Below, piece by piece: positions 31,164 to 42,900 of a DNA stretch of 64,000 nucleotides. This stretch comes from an uncultured Planctomycetaceae bacterium (GTDB lineage Bacteria > Planctomycetota > Planctomycetia > Isosphaerales > Isosphaeraceae), in the NCBI GenBank assembly GCA_963833985.1, contig CAWIAD010000001.1, positions 3,264,001-3,328,000 on the forward strand, given 5' to 3'. Position numbers and translations under genes: made by a program. The notes under the pieces were generated by a model. That model searched no databases. It was not told the DNA's origin and saw nothing but the letters and a program-made list of their open reading frames with translations. Positions within the stretch are counted from its first letter, which is position 1. Each line of letters starts with the position of its first letter.

Positions 31164-32677
31164 ATGGATTCGAACACACGGCAGGACGTTCGACGCTCGA
31201 CATTCGCGGGCCTGATTGGCCTGGGCGTCGGCGTCGGGCTGTCTGGCGTGCTCGCGTACGTCTTCGTCGGCCCGGCGGCGCTTCCGCCCGCCCTCGGCTT
31301 CAAGACGGCCGGTCAGCTTCCGAGGGCGCCCGTGGACGAGCCGGACGCGGCGAAGCGGGACGAACAGGCGCGGCGGACGGCCGACGCCTTCCTGGACGGA
31401 CTCGTCAAGAAGGACGCCGTCGCGTTGGCCTCGGTCTGTGGACACCCATTCCTGTGGGGCCGCCTGGACAGGCAGCGCGTGATCGATAACCCGGCCGAAC
31501 TCCGCCGCTGCTTTTCCGACGAGCTATTGCAGGGTTGGGAGCCGAAGATGTACGCGCCCCAGCGGAAATGGTCACCCTCACTCGTCCCGTCCGCGTTTTT
31601 CGACCGATTCGCCGATCACTTCGACGTCATGCCACGGGTCAAGGAGCAACTCGACGCGCTCCGCCTCAAGCCGTCCGACCGGATGATCGTGGACGAGGAA
31701 AGGGGGATGCTGATCGCGGTCCGCGCGACGGCGGATGGCCCGCGCGTGATCGCCCTCGTGCTCGGCGGGTTCCAGCCCCCGCCGTTCCGGCTGACGCGTG
31801 ACGTCATCTACGGCCGCAAGTTCGGGACGGCGCTGACGCTCGACCTGGTTCAGCCGAAGAAAGCGGGCAACCGGGCCGCCGTGCTCCAGCTCGTCAGCGA
31901 CACGTTTACCTCGGGGAAGGAGCCCATCTCGAACACGCTTTTCGCACGCCATCAGGGGCTAATCGATCTCGGCTACACCCTCGTGTTCGTCACCCATTCG
32001 AGCGTACCCCGGCACCCGATCCCGGAGATCGTGGGCGACGTCCGGCGCGCCGTCAGGTATGTTCGGTACCACGCGTCTCGGCTCGATCTCGACCCGGATC
32101 GGATCGCCGTCATGGGGGGAGCTCCGGAGGTTACCTGGCGCTCACGACCGGCGCGAGCGAAGACGAGGCACCGCCGTTCCCGCCGTCGTACGATCCGCAA
32201 CGCATGTTCGACCTCTCAAGCGATCCGTTGAACTCCGTCTCAGGAAAGGCGACGGCCATCGTGGCATACTTCCCGATCACGGACTGGCTGAACTACGGCG
32301 CGTCGGGCAAGACGGTCTTCGATTACCCGGGCTGGCGCCCCTACCTTGGAATCCTCAACCTCGACGACTTCGACGACAAGACTCACGGTCTGACCCGCGT
32401 CTCCGAACGCGCCGAGCAACTGCGGAGGCTAAAGGACCTCTCGCCAATAAATCGAGCCGGACGCGGGTTCTCGCCGACCCTCTTACTTCATGGCGAGAAG
32501 GACCCAAACGTGCCTGTGCAACAGTCCGAGAGCCTGGCCCGGACGCTCAAGGCTGCGGGCGTGGATGTCGAACTGGTCGTCAAACCGAACGAAGGTCACG
32601 GGTGGCCGGACGGCCCTGAAGATCAGAAGAGGATCGTCGCATGGTTGAATCAGCGATTGCTCGGAAAAGGTCGATGA
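31164..32677 (+). CDS. Membrane-anchored alpha/beta hydrolase (esterase/lipase); frameshifted in the G run at about 32114-32119
   Basis: DVRRAVRYVR, DPDRIAVMG, restored GSSGG nucleophile motif, LLLHGEKD, GHGW. Confidence 0.85.
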
Positions 32678-32729
32678 CCGAATTCGACTCCCTGTGAGGG
32701 AGCGGACGCTTCGTGCTCCTACGGGTCGC

Positions 32730-34058
32730 TCAACAAAACGACTTGAGCGCACGCCGCATGGACGCGGCGTCGGTGAGCCGCTCCTTGGGGTCGCGCGCGA
32801 GGCAGCGCTCGATGACGGCGGCGAGCGGCAGCGGGATGTCGGACCTGCGCGAGCGGATGGGCACCGGCTGCTCTTCCAGCAGCATGCGGATCAGGTCTCC
32901 TCCGCCCGCCGGCTCGTCATATATATATTTGCATGTCAACAGGTAATAGAGAGTAGCGGCCGTGGCGTAGAGGTCGGCCAGCGGCGTGACCGTCTTGAAG
33001 TCGAGCATCTGCTCAGGGGGCATGAACGGCACGGTGCCGCGCATCTCGCCAGAGAAGGTAAGCCCGGAGAGGCCGACGCCGCGAAAGCTCTTGGCCAGGC
33101 CGAAATCGGAGAGCTTGGCAGTCAGGCCCTCCGCGGTATGGGCGATGAGCACGTTCTCGGGCTTGACGTCACGGTGCACGAAGCCCATGTGGTGCGCCTG
33201 CTCCAGCCCTTTGAGAATCTGGCAGGCAAGGCGGCAGGCCTGGTTCGTCGGGTACGCGCCGGGCTGCTCCTTGGCCAGTGCCTCGAGGTTCGAGCCCGCC
33301 ACGTACTCCATGGCGAACCAGAACTGGCCCCGGGTCATTCCCTGCTCGTACCACTCCACGACATTGGGATGCCGCAACTGGCTGATCACCGACATCTCGC
33401 GGTAGAAGCGGTCGATGGCCGTGCGGGTGGTCGCCGTCTCGGGCATGATCAGCTTCAGCGCGACAAGTTGTCCAGTCTGGTTGTGGCGGGCCTGATAGAC
33501 GACTCCCATCGCGCCACGGCCGATCTCGCGCAGTGTGGTGTAATGCGGTACCGGCTGAGGGAGGGACGCGGCCTCCGAACGGCACAGCGGGCACCACCAT
33601 TCCACCACTTCCGTGGCGTCGTCCCTCATCGGGCCGGCAATCGTGATGTTCTGAGGCGCGGGAGTGCCGCAGCCGGCGCAGCGGATGGCCGCCATCCCCG
33701 TCGCCTCGGAACGCGAGGACGGGGCCCCTCCGGAACCCCCTTCACTGCTCGACAGCGGGGCCTGGTCCACTTTCACGCGGAAGACGCTCTGGCCCGCGGC
33801 GATCACATCGCCGGACGCGAGCCGGATGCGATCCACCTTCTGGTTGTTCACGAATGTCCCATTCGTGCTCCCCAGGTCGCGCAGCTCGCACAGCGGAGGA
33901 TTGATCTCCACCATGAAATGATCACGCGAAAGAGCCATGTCCTCCGGCATCGAGCAGTGAACGAACCGCGACCGCCCCACGATGAACGTATCATGGCGGT
34001 CAAATATAAATGAACGACCTTTTCGTGAACCTTGCAGGATTTCCAGTATCACTCGCAT
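32730..34058 (-). CDS. FHA-domain Ser/Thr protein kinase
   Basis: FHA motifs VGRS, SRDH, DLGSTNGT; kinase motifs IGRGAMGVVY, VALK, HRDVKPEN, DFG, MPPEQ. Confidence 0.93.
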   Translation of the reverse strand: MRVILEILQGSRKGRSFIFDRHDTFIVGRSRFVHCSMPEDMALSRDHFMVEINPPLCELRDLGSTNGTFVNNQKVDRIRLASGDVIAAGQSVFRVKVDQAPLSSSEGGSGGAPSSRSEATGMAAIRCAGCGTPAPQNITIAGPMRDDATEVVEWWCPLCRSEAASLPQPVPHYTTLREIGRGAMGVVYQARHNQTGQLVALKLIMPETATTRTAIDRFYREMSVISQLRHPNVVEWYEQGMTRGQFWFAMEYVAGSNLEALAKEQPGAYPTNQACRLACQILKGLEQAHHMGFVHRDVKPENVLIAHTAEGLTAKLSDFGLAKSFRGVGLSGLTFSGEMRGTVPFMPPEQMLDFKTVTPLADLYATAATLYYLLTCKYIYDEPAGGGDLIRMLLEEQPVPIRSRRSDIPLPLAAVIERCLARDPKERLTDAASMRRALKSFC

Positions 34059-34508
34059 CGCTTCGTTCCGGAATTCTTCATGGCTTTCTGGTTCCACTCG
34101 GCGAGGGCCGCCGCCGTAGCCTCGGTCCGGCGAATCCCCGCGTTCAAACCTATCGCTCCGCATCGGTTGCGATGTGACGGATACAAGCACCGGCGAAAAT
34201 CAGGATGCAGCAATCCAACGCTCATTCGTTCCAGACCAAAGCGGACCTGGCCGAACGCCGCACTCAATCCACACTATCATGGCAAATCACGGCGGCCTCG
34301 ATGTCCTGCGGCTTCTCCCTCGATATATTAACTGTTGAGGTCCGCGGGCCGGACATGAGGCTGGTGTGCGCCGACCATTTTTCCAGAGCAGTCACCCACA
34401 CATCACAGATCTCTGGCAAGCAAGAAGACCTGAGATTTCTCCTGGGATTTGCGCTCCACCAAGACAATACGATGATCGTTTCGTAATTTGATCAGAGCTT
34501 GCGACTCG

Positions 34509-35486
34509 ATGGATGCATCGTCTGAGCAGGATTCACCTGGCTCCCCGCACCATACGCCGGTTCGTCCCCCATCCGTCTATCTCGAATCGACCGTGATCGC
34601 GCAGGGGTTGCCGTGGCCCGAGAACCTGGAAACGGCGCGGGAGATGGACGCCGCAATCCGCCAGGCCGGGGCGTCACCGGCCATGATCGCCGTGATCGAC
34701 GGCTCGATCCGTGTCGGTCTGGATTCCGGCGAGATCCAGGTGCTGGCCCGCTCCGCCGCACCTCCTGCGCACCTCGTGCCCCGGGGGCTGGCAGCCGACG
34801 ACCCTTTGAACCGGCCTCATGGCAAGGCGAACCGGCGTGATATCTCTGTTGTTGTGGCCGCGCGCGGCTGCGCGGCGACCACTGTCTCGGCCACGCTCTG
34901 GCTGGCCAGGCGGCATGAGGGAGGGCCCTGCATCATGGCCACCGGTGGGCTGGGCGGCGTTCATCGTTTCGCCGCTCAGACCTTCGACGTGTCCACCGAC
35001 CTCGACGAGCTAGCGAGCGCCCACGGCTCGCTGGTGGTTTGCTCCGGCTGCAAGTCAATCCTTGATGTTCCCGCAACGCTGGAGGCCCTGGAAACCCGGG
35101 GCGTGGCGATCGTCGGCTACCGGACCTCGGAGCTGCCCGCATTTTTCACGGCAGCCAGCGGACTGGCGCTCGAGCATCGGGTGGAGACCCCACAGGCGGT
35201 GGCGGACCTGCTCCGCACCCATCGCGCGCTGGGCTTGCCCGGCGCGATCGTCCTGGCCAACCCGGTACCAGCCGCCGAGGCCGTCGATCCCTTGGTCGTG
35301 GAAGAAGCCCTCGTCCGGGCGCTGGACGAGGCCAGGCAGCGCGGGCTCTCGGGCAAGGAGGTCACGCCGTTTCTCCTGGATGCCGTCCGCCTGGCCACCG
35401 GGGGGCAAAGCCTGCGCGCTAACCGGGCGTTACTCGTCTCCAACGCCCGGCTGGCCGCCGAGGTCGCCGTGGCGCTGGCCGGTTGA
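34509..35486 (+). CDS. psuG: Pseudouridine-5'-phosphate glycosidase
   Basis: LESTVIAQGLPWPEN, ATTVSAT, ATGGLGGVHR, KSILD, GKEVTPFLL. Confidence 0.92.
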   Translation: MDASSEQDSPGSPHHTPVRPPSVYLESTVIAQGLPWPENLETAREMDAAIRQAGASPAMIAVIDGSIRVGLDSGEIQVLARSAAPPAHLVPRGLAADDPLNRPHGKANRRDISVVVAARGCAATTVSATLWLARRHEGGPCIMATGGLGGVHRFAAQTFDVSTDLDELASAHGSLVVCSGCKSILDVPATLEALETRGVAIVGYRTSELPAFFTAASGLALEHRVETPQAVADLLRTHRALGLPGAIVLANPVPAAEAVDPLVVEEALVRALDEARQRGLSGKEVTPFLLDAVRLATGGQSLRANRALLVSNARLAAEVAVALAG

Positions 35487-37001
35487 AATCGTGCGAGGCC
35501 AGACCGACCGTATCCACCCGGGGCCGCGGCTGTGGGCCCGTCGCGCGGCAAGGCCCCCCACAACCAAAACAAGCAAGTGGGTGAGGCAGGGCTCGGGGAC
35601 GTTCTGGGGCAAGATCCCCAGCGCGAGCCCGCTTGCGGCCGCGTCCGGCGGCGGGCTCACCAGCGACGGCGCCGCAACCACCGGCGGCAGTGGCAGGGCC
35701 AGGCTCGCCGTTGCCGTTGCCGTCGCTGGAGCTGTTGCATTGTCGCCAGAAGAGGAGGTGCTGGTCGGGCCGGGGTTCGTTCCCAGAGCACTCTGCACAC
35801 CGGTCGCCGTGACCGGATTGGAGGCTGCGGCCACCGGGCCGGCCTGCGGGTTGAGCGCCGCATTCACGCTGGGAGAGAGAGCGACCAGAAGCTGGGCGGC
35901 GAGACTCGTGGAAACACCATTAACGGCGGTGCCGCCGGGCGCGGAACTCGCGGCTCCAGAAACCGTGGACGCTACGTTGGGATCCTGGCCGCCCTGGGAC
36001 TGGGATTGGGGGAGAGATTGGGTGCCGCCGGAAGCAGCCGCGACGCCCGTAGGAACCGCTGCCTGGCTGACCGTCGCGGCCGCGACGGCTCCGGCCGGCT
36101 GGGTGGCTGCGGCCGGAACCGCCGGGGCGGCCGGGACTGCGGTGGTGATTGGAACTGGAGATGCGGCAACGACCTGTGTCCCGCTAGCCGGTGCGGGCTG
36201 GCCGCCGACCACGGTGCTTGATGTCGCGCCCGGGACTACCGCCGCCACGGTAGATGTTGCCTGGCCGGTCTGGCTTGCCTGGGCGGTCTGCCCGGTCGAG
36301 ACCGCGGCAAGCGCCGCGCTGGCCGAGGGAACAATCGAGGTCGGCGTTTGCGAGAGCACGCTGACTGAGGTGCCCGGGCTCAAGCTTGCTCCGGAGGTGG
36401 ATGGATCCGCCACGGTCTTCCCCTGGGCTGGAGCCTGGATATTCTGCACCTGGGGCTGGTTGGGTTGCGTCGCAGTTGTCATTCCGGGGTTCGCGATGGC
36501 GACCCGGCTGGAAGGCTGGCCGGCGTCGCCATGCGACGCGACGGTGCCCGGCAGCGCGGCTGTGGCAGCGACGGCATTCCCCACGCTCCCCACATGATTC
36601 GCGGTCGCTGTTGCGTGCGGCACGGCGGGTTCTGAGTCCGGCACGGTCACGCCAGCGGGCGCCGAGGACCCGGCTGTGGGCGCGGCGTCCGTCGCTCCGT
36701 TCGGTTCCTGGCTCGATCGGGAGTCGTCGACGCCGACTCCCGAAGCTCCGGAAGCCGCAGTGACCGGGGCGGTGATCGCACTTGCCGCGGCCGCGGCCGG
36801 CTCCTCCACGACCGTTCCCTGGCTCAATCGGAAAGGAACGAGGGGCGATGCTGCCGCAGGTGAGCCGCCTGGACCGGTTGTCGTCCCGAGTGAGTGTGTG
36901 ATCAAGGGCCCGGCAAACAAGCCATGCGGGCACGCAGCCAGGAGGGCAAGGAGCCAGAGCTCGGGGCGTGACGCAAGGACACGAAGCGTGGATGAGATCA
37001 C
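35430..37001 (-). CDS. Ala/Ser/Thr/Pro-rich low-complexity secreted protein with PEP-CTERM-like C-terminus
   Basis: AGGAGG RBS before GTG 37001, signal peptide, NVPEP followed by a hydrophobic stretch and RR. Confidence 0.75.
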   Translation of the reverse strand: MISSTLRVLASRPELWLLALLAACPHGLFAGPLITHSLGTTTGPGGSPAAASPLVPFRLSQGTVVEEPAAAAASAITAPVTAASGASGVGVDDSRSSQEPNGATDAAPTAGSSAPAGVTVPDSEPAVPHATATANHVGSVGNAVAATAALPGTVASHGDAGQPSSRVAIANPGMTTATQPNQPQVQNIQAPAQGKTVADPSTSGASLSPGTSVSVLSQTPTSIVPSASAALAAVSTGQTAQASQTGQATSTVAAVVPGATSSTVVGGQPAPASGTQVVAASPVPITTAVPAAPAVPAAATQPAGAVAAATVSQAAVPTGVAAASGGTQSLPQSQSQGGQDPNVASTVSGAASSAPGGTAVNGVSTSLAAQLLVALSPSVNAALNPQAGPVAAASNPVTATGVQSALGTNPGPTSTSSSGDNATAPATATATASLALPLPPVVAAPSLVSPPPDAAASGLALGILPQNVPEPCLTHLLVLVVGGLAARRAHSRGPGWIRSVWPRTISTGQRHGDLGGQPGVGDE

Positions 37002-37232
37002 AGCAACCTCCTGGTGTGACGGCAAAGCAGTGCGCCGGCGAGAATTCAGCCGGGGACCCTCCGTGCGCTCGTCACTGCTGGATCTCTGAGGCGATGACGA
37101 GCTGTCGAGCTGTTTCAAGGGCTCGAAGGCTACTCGGATCCTCCGGGCGTGTCAATGAAGAAATACCACGATGCTGATTGGTGACACGTGCGCATGCCCG
37201 CGTGCCCGGCGCGGCGAGCCTTGATCCTTCCT

Positions 37233-37946
37233 TCACTTTCCATCCTCACTCAGGCTCACGGTGATCTCCTTGATTGGTTCGCCATTCCCGTCCAGGAAGC
37301 GGGCGCAGAAATCGGTTGCGCCGCCGCCGTTCACGATGGCGCAGCGGACGATGTTTGGACCTTTCTTGAGCGTCAGGCGCTTCGAGACGCCGTCATCGAT
37401 CACAGTCTGACGGTCGCCGTAAATGCCGATGACCTCCTTGCCGTTGACCCACCAGACAGAGGCTGCGTTGGAGCCAATGGCTAGCCGGACATCCTTCATC
37501 TCCGTGGGGCACATGACGACGGTGACGGCCCAGAACAGCACGTTGGAAGTCGGCCGTTTCAAGCCCTCGGCGAAGTGATAGAGGTTGACGTTGTAGCCGG
37601 TCGTGTCCTCGGCATGCCACGTGAGCTGCGAGCCGTTCACCTCCACCTTGTCGCCATCCTTCGGAATGACCGTGAACTGGTCTGGAAAGTACCTGGTCTT
37701 CACGGCCGCCTGGACGGCACTGTCTGTCAGTCCGTTGACCGGAATGGGCTCAAGAATAAGCCAGCGCTGGATGAACCCTTCGGCATCGGCTGCCAGGGTG
37801 GGCGCGGTGGGACGGTGCAATGTCGGCGTGTGGCCGCGAGCGTCGTCGCCGGCACGGGCGCTCTGTTCGACGGGCGCGAGGACGACCGCGATCGTGACGG
37901 GCAGCACGGCGAGGGCCATCCTCGAAGAAAAGCCGTACTCTTTCAT
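37233..37946 (-). CDS. Secreted hypothetical protein, probably carbohydrate-related
   Basis: Signal peptide; GFIQRWLILEPI, LAIGSN, LKKGPN; co-oriented downstream of the GH43 gene. Confidence 0.7.
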   Translation of the reverse strand: MKEYGFSSRMALAVLPVTIAVVLAPVEQSARAGDDARGHTPTLHRPTAPTLAADAEGFIQRWLILEPIPVNGLTDSAVQAAVKTRYFPDQFTVIPKDGDKVEVNGSQLTWHAEDTTGYNVNLYHFAEGLKRPTSNVLFWAVTVVMCPTEMKDVRLAIGSNAASVWWVNGKEVIGIYGDRQTVIDDGVSKRLTLKKGPNIVRCAIVNGGGATDFCARFLDGNGEPIKEITVSLSEDGK

Positions 37947-38021
37947 GGAAGCTCCCTGAGTGAATGGTCTTGGATCCTCAATGTAGATGACTGGATATGA
38001 GATGATCGCGGATTCCGCCGT

Positions 38022-39581
38022 TCACGGGGCTTTCAGATTCCACCGCTGCTTGTCGTTCGTGGGGTCAAACCTGGTCAGGGTGGCAAAGCTGCTGCCGATT
38101 GCAGTGAGGGCCATTGGTTCCGTGGAACCGGGGACAGACCTGGGCATGATCCGGTACGAGCCGTCGCCGAGCTGGTCGATGCGCCACAGTTGTTCCGGCC
38201 CGCCCGTGAAGGCGGGCACGGCCACCAGCTCGGCGTCATCCGTCGCGGCAAGCGCTCGATCAGTTCCGTCGACAGTGATCTTGAAATAGGGCGCGCCGAG
38301 GTATCCACCGGCGTTCGCCACTGGCGTGATCTTCCACTTCTGCTGTGCCTGGAGCAAGTAGTTGGACATGCGAATGTCGATGTTGCCGTCCGGCCATTTC
38401 ATCGACACCTGCGACACATCCTGGTTGGGGATCACCCCGCCCACGCCGGCGAACATACCCCCGCCTCCGCGTAGACCGGGCGCTCCGCCTGGGCCGGTGC
38501 CGGCTCCTCTGCCGGCGGGCGCTGTGGCTGGCCCCGCGCCTCTTCCGAGTGCTGCCGCAGGGGGCGCGGCACCACGCATGCCTCGGACCCGCCTGCCGCC
38601 CGCCGGCACACCCTCAACGGCCAGCTCCAGCGCGGTGCCGGTGCGCGCGGACTCGATCTCGTACGTACCTGCCTTGAGGTGGTCGCCGGCCAAGGGCCAG
38701 CCGTCTTTCCAGAGTAGGGGGCGGATGTCCAGCACGCTGCCACCACCGCGGTCCAGGTCTGCCTCATAATGGCACGAGAACTTCTGGACACCATCGCCGA
38801 GATCGATCAGGCCGAAATGGCCGGGCCCGACCACGCGGCCGCTGGACCCGACGAAGAGTTTGCCGCCCCCCCTGATCATGTCGATGCCCATGTGGTCAAT
38901 GAACGGTCCGGTGACGCTCCGGGAACGGCCCACGCGGATGTTGTAGCCGGAATCAGCGCCGCGACAGCAACTGCCGTGGGTCGCCAGCAGGTAATACCAA
39001 CCATCGTGGTAGATCATCACGGAGGCTTCGCAGTTGATTGCAATGTTCACCGGCCGGGCATCGGGGTCGAGACGCTTGCCGGTGCTGGGGTTGAGCTCCA
39101 CCAGCCGGATGTAGCCGTAATACGAGCCGTAGGTCAGCCAGAGTCTCTTGCTGGTGGGATCGAGAAAGACTCCCGGATCGATGGCGTTGCAGTCCTCGAC
39201 GCCGTCAGAGGACGCGACGACCCCACCGTCTTCCCATTTGTAGTCGGGGGAATCCGGGTCGAGGGTCTTGTTCGATATCATGTTGATGGCCGCTCTCGGC
39301 TGCCGCCCGATATTCGCGGCGACATACAGGAAGTAACGGTCACCAAGGTGAATGAGGTCGGGGGCCAGGCCGCTACGGGAAGCCCTGACCCCGCGACGCC
39401 AGGTCCAGCCGTCGTCGGAAACCAGGCTTCCGCCCCCCGTACCCCAGAGGTAGTACCTGCCCTGGCACGAAACGATGGTGGAGGGGTCGTGGATGCCGAT
39501 CTGCCCGTCCAGGGCCATGGCCTGACAGGCCATCAAGAGCGAGAGCAACACGCCTGGTGCTGCGAAAAAGCCAGGTTTCAT
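38022..39581 (-). CDS. GH43 arabinanase-like glycoside hydrolase with C-terminal ricin-type lectin domain
   Basis: IHDPS, APD, NAIDP, YGS, CEAS, GPGH; QQKW, EQLW and KQRW ricin repeats. Confidence 0.9.
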   Translation of the reverse strand: MKPGFFAAPGVLLSLLMACQAMALDGQIGIHDPSTIVSCQGRYYLWGTGGGSLVSDDGWTWRRGVRASRSGLAPDLIHLGDRYFLYVAANIGRQPRAAINMISNKTLDPDSPDYKWEDGGVVASSDGVEDCNAIDPGVFLDPTSKRLWLTYGSYYGYIRLVELNPSTGKRLDPDARPVNIAINCEASVMIYHDGWYYLLATHGSCCRGADSGYNIRVGRSRSVTGPFIDHMGIDMIRGGGKLFVGSSGRVVGPGHFGLIDLGDGVQKFSCHYEADLDRGGGSVLDIRPLLWKDGWPLAGDHLKAGTYEIESARTGTALELAVEGVPAGGRRVRGMRGAAPPAAALGRGAGPATAPAGRGAGTGPGGAPGLRGGGGMFAGVGGVIPNQDVSQVSMKWPDGNIDIRMSNYLLQAQQKWKITPVANAGGYLGAPYFKITVDGTDRALAATDDAELVAVPAFTGGPEQLWRIDQLGDGSYRIMPRSVPGSTEPMALTAIGSSFATLTRFDPTNDKQRWNLKAP

Positions 39582-39954
39582 GAAGGCCTCCGAGACCGAA
39601 GTGCCGGTTGAGTCGTTTACGTCCTGGGAACGGCAGTGTACCCGCATCTCTTTTCTAGCGTCGATCGGGCCCCGGCGGGCATCTCCCGGGTTCGGAATCT
39701 GGATCATACACTGTCGGAATGGGAGCAGGATGGAACCAGGGAGCCGGAAAAAAGACACGCAGGAGGCGGATGCGGAATCGAGGGTCCGATGGGTGGTGGC
39801 CGGGTCGGTGACGTCCGGCTCGGCGTCGCCGCCGGGTGCTGGCCGATCGCCCGGTTCCGGACCGCTCGTCGATCTGATAAGATAGGAGTGACGCCGGTTC
39901 ATCGCGGTATGAGTGGATCGGAGAATCGCCTGCCCCGAGAAGATCGGTGGAATC

Positions 39955-42900
39955 ATGTCCTCGAGCAAGCCGTTTGTTCATCTGCACTGCCATAGCCATT
40001 ACAGCTTGCTCGACGGCCAGAGCAAGATCCCCGACCTGATCCACCGCGTCAAGTCACTGGAGATGCCGGCGGTGGCGCTCACCGACCATGGCAACCTGTT
40101 CGGCGCCGTCGAGCTCCTGCGCGAGGCGAAGAGCGCAGGAGTGCTGCCCATCGTGGGCATCGAGGCCTATGTCGCTCCCGGCAAGCGGACAGATCGCACG
40201 GTGAGCGCGAGCGGCTCGGGGGACGAAAGGTATGCGTACCATCTGACGTTGCTGGCCCGCAACGGCACGGGATTCCGCAACCTGCTGCGGCTCTCTTCAC
40301 GAGCCTACCTGGAGGGCTATTACTACAAGCCGCGGATCGACAAGGAGATCCTCGCCCAGCACAGCGAGGGGCTCATCTGCCTATCGGGATGCGTCGGCTC
40401 GGAGTTCTCGCAACTGCTCCTGCGCGACCGCGTGGCCGAGGCCGAGAAGCTGGCGATGTGGTACTACAAGACCTTCGGCGAGAACAACTTCTTCATCGAG
40501 GTGCAGAATAACGGCCTGCAAATTCAGCGCGATTGCATGGTCCGCGAGCTCGACGTGGCCAACCGGCTCGGCCTGCCGGTGGTAGCCACCAGCGACGCCC
40601 ACTACCTGACGCAGGACGACTACCTGGCACACGACGTCCTGCTGTGCATCAACACGGGCAAGACGATGGACCAGCCGCTGGACAAGCCGCGGTTCGTGGC
40701 CGACGACGGCAAGCTCTCCGACCAGTTCCACGTGCGCAGTCCCGACGAGATGTACGACTTCCTGCCGGGCATGGACGAGGCCCTGGCGATGTCCCAGCGC
40801 ATCGCGCTGGACGTCGAGGAGAACTATGGCAGCCTGGGCCTGGGGAAGAGGCAGTTCCCCTCATTTCAGGCACCCGACCAGAAGACCGCGGAAGAGTACC
40901 TGCAAGAGCTCTGCGAGCAGGGCCTCAAGGAGCGCTACGGCGACCCACCGCCGCCGGCGGCCCGGGAGCGGCTGGAGCACGAGCTGGGCATCATCACCCG
41001 CATGGGCTTCGCCTCGTACTTCCTGATCGTCTGGGACTTCGTGCGGTACGCGCGGGAGCGGGGCATACCCGCCTCGGTGCGCGGCTCGGCCTGCGGCTCC
41101 ATCGTGAGTTACGTGCTGCGGCTCTCGAATGTCTGCCCGATGCAGTATGACCTGCTCTTCGAGCGGTTCCTCGACCCCAACCGTTCCGAGGCGCCCGATA
41201 TCGACATCGACCTCTGCCAGGAGCGGCGCTACGAGGTCATCGAGTACGTGCGCAAGAAATATGGCGACGCCAACGTGGCCCAGATCGGCACGTTCGGCAC
41301 CATGAAGGCCAAGGCAGCCATCAAGGACGTGGGGCGGGTCCTGAGCATCCCTTTGCCGCGCGTCGAGCAGATCAACCGGCTGATTCCCACCCGGCTGAAC
41401 ATCACTCTCGACGAGGCACTCAAGGAAGAGCCCGCGCTGCGGGCCATGGTGGACCAGGATCCGGAGATCGAGAAGCTCATCCGGTTCGCCCGGCGGCTGG
41501 AAGGTTCGGCACGGAACGCCAGCACGCACGCCGCGGGCGTGGTCATCGCCGATCAGCCCCTGGAATCGCTGGTCCCGCTCCAGGTCATCCGCCGTGGCGA
41601 CAAGGACGAGATCGTTTGCACCCAGTGGGACATGGGCGATGTTGAGAAGGCCGGCCTGCTGAAGATGGACTTCCTGGGCCTGCGCAACCTGACCACCCTG
41701 GAAGCGGCCGTGCGGCTGATCAACGAGCGCCATCCCGACGCTCCGGTGGATATCGAGAAGTTGCCGCTGGACGACACGCTCGCTTTCGAGCTGCTCCAGC
41801 GCGGTGAGACCAGGGGCGTCTTCCAGCTCGAGAGCTCGGGCATCCGCGACCTCTTGATCCGCATGAAGCCCGACCGTTTCGCCGACATCATCGCCACCAA
41901 TGCGCTGTATCGCCCCGGGCCGCTCAACGGCGGGATGGTCGACGAGTACGTCGACGTGAAGAACGGACGCAAGCAGGCGACCTACCTGCACCCCGTGCTC
42001 CGCGAGGTGCTCGAGGAAACCTATGGCGTGATGGTCTACCAGGAACAGGTGATGCGGATCCTCAACCGCCTGGGCGGCATCGAGCTCTCCAAGGCGTACG
42101 CCACCATCAAGGCCATCTCCAAGAAGAAGACCGAGCTCATCGCCGAGAGCCGCGGGCAGTTCGTTGCCGGGGCCGTCGAGCGCGGGCTCGACCGCGAGAA
42201 GGCTGTGAAGATCTTCGACCTGATCGAGTTCTTCGGCGGCTACGGGTTCAACAAGTCGCACAGCACCGCCTACGCGCTGGTGGCGTACCAGACGGCCTAT
42301 TTGAAGAGCCATTACCCGACCGAATACATGGCCGCCGTACTCACCTCCGAGATGGACGGCGCCGAGCGCGACAAGTTCCTGGTGGAGCATATCGAGGATT
42401 GCCGCCGGATGGGCATCGAGGTGCTGCCCCCGAACATCAACGAGGGAGTGCTGGCCTTCCGGGTGGGCAAGGAGGGTCAGGTGCACTTCGGCCTGGGTGC
42501 CATCAAGGGAGTGGGTGGCAAGGCCGTCGAGGCGATCATCAAGGCGCGGCAGGAATCCGGCCCGTTCCACAGCCTTGATGATTTCTTCGAGCGCGTCTCC
42601 ACGCGCGAGGTCTCCAGCGCCTGTGCCGAGACGCTCATCAGGGCCGGTGCCTTCGACTCCCTGGGCGCCCGCCGTTCGCAGTTGCTGGCGATCTTGCCGC
42701 GCGCCATCCAGGGAGGCCAGGCCAAGCAGGACGACCGCCGGCGCGGCCAGCGCGGGCTCTTCGACCATCTCGAAGCAGGCCCTACCAATGGCGCCGGCAC
42801 CGACGGGAACGGCAACGGCAAGAGCAACGGTCGAGAACTGGCTGCCGCCAACCTGCCGGACGTTCCGGAGCTGAACGACGCCGAGCTGCTGGGCGGTGAG

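Noticed and set aside
35062..36597. 511-aa plus-strand ORF
   Set aside because: Mirror of the low-complexity PEP-CTERM gene; the minus strand has the RBS, signal peptide and sorting motif.
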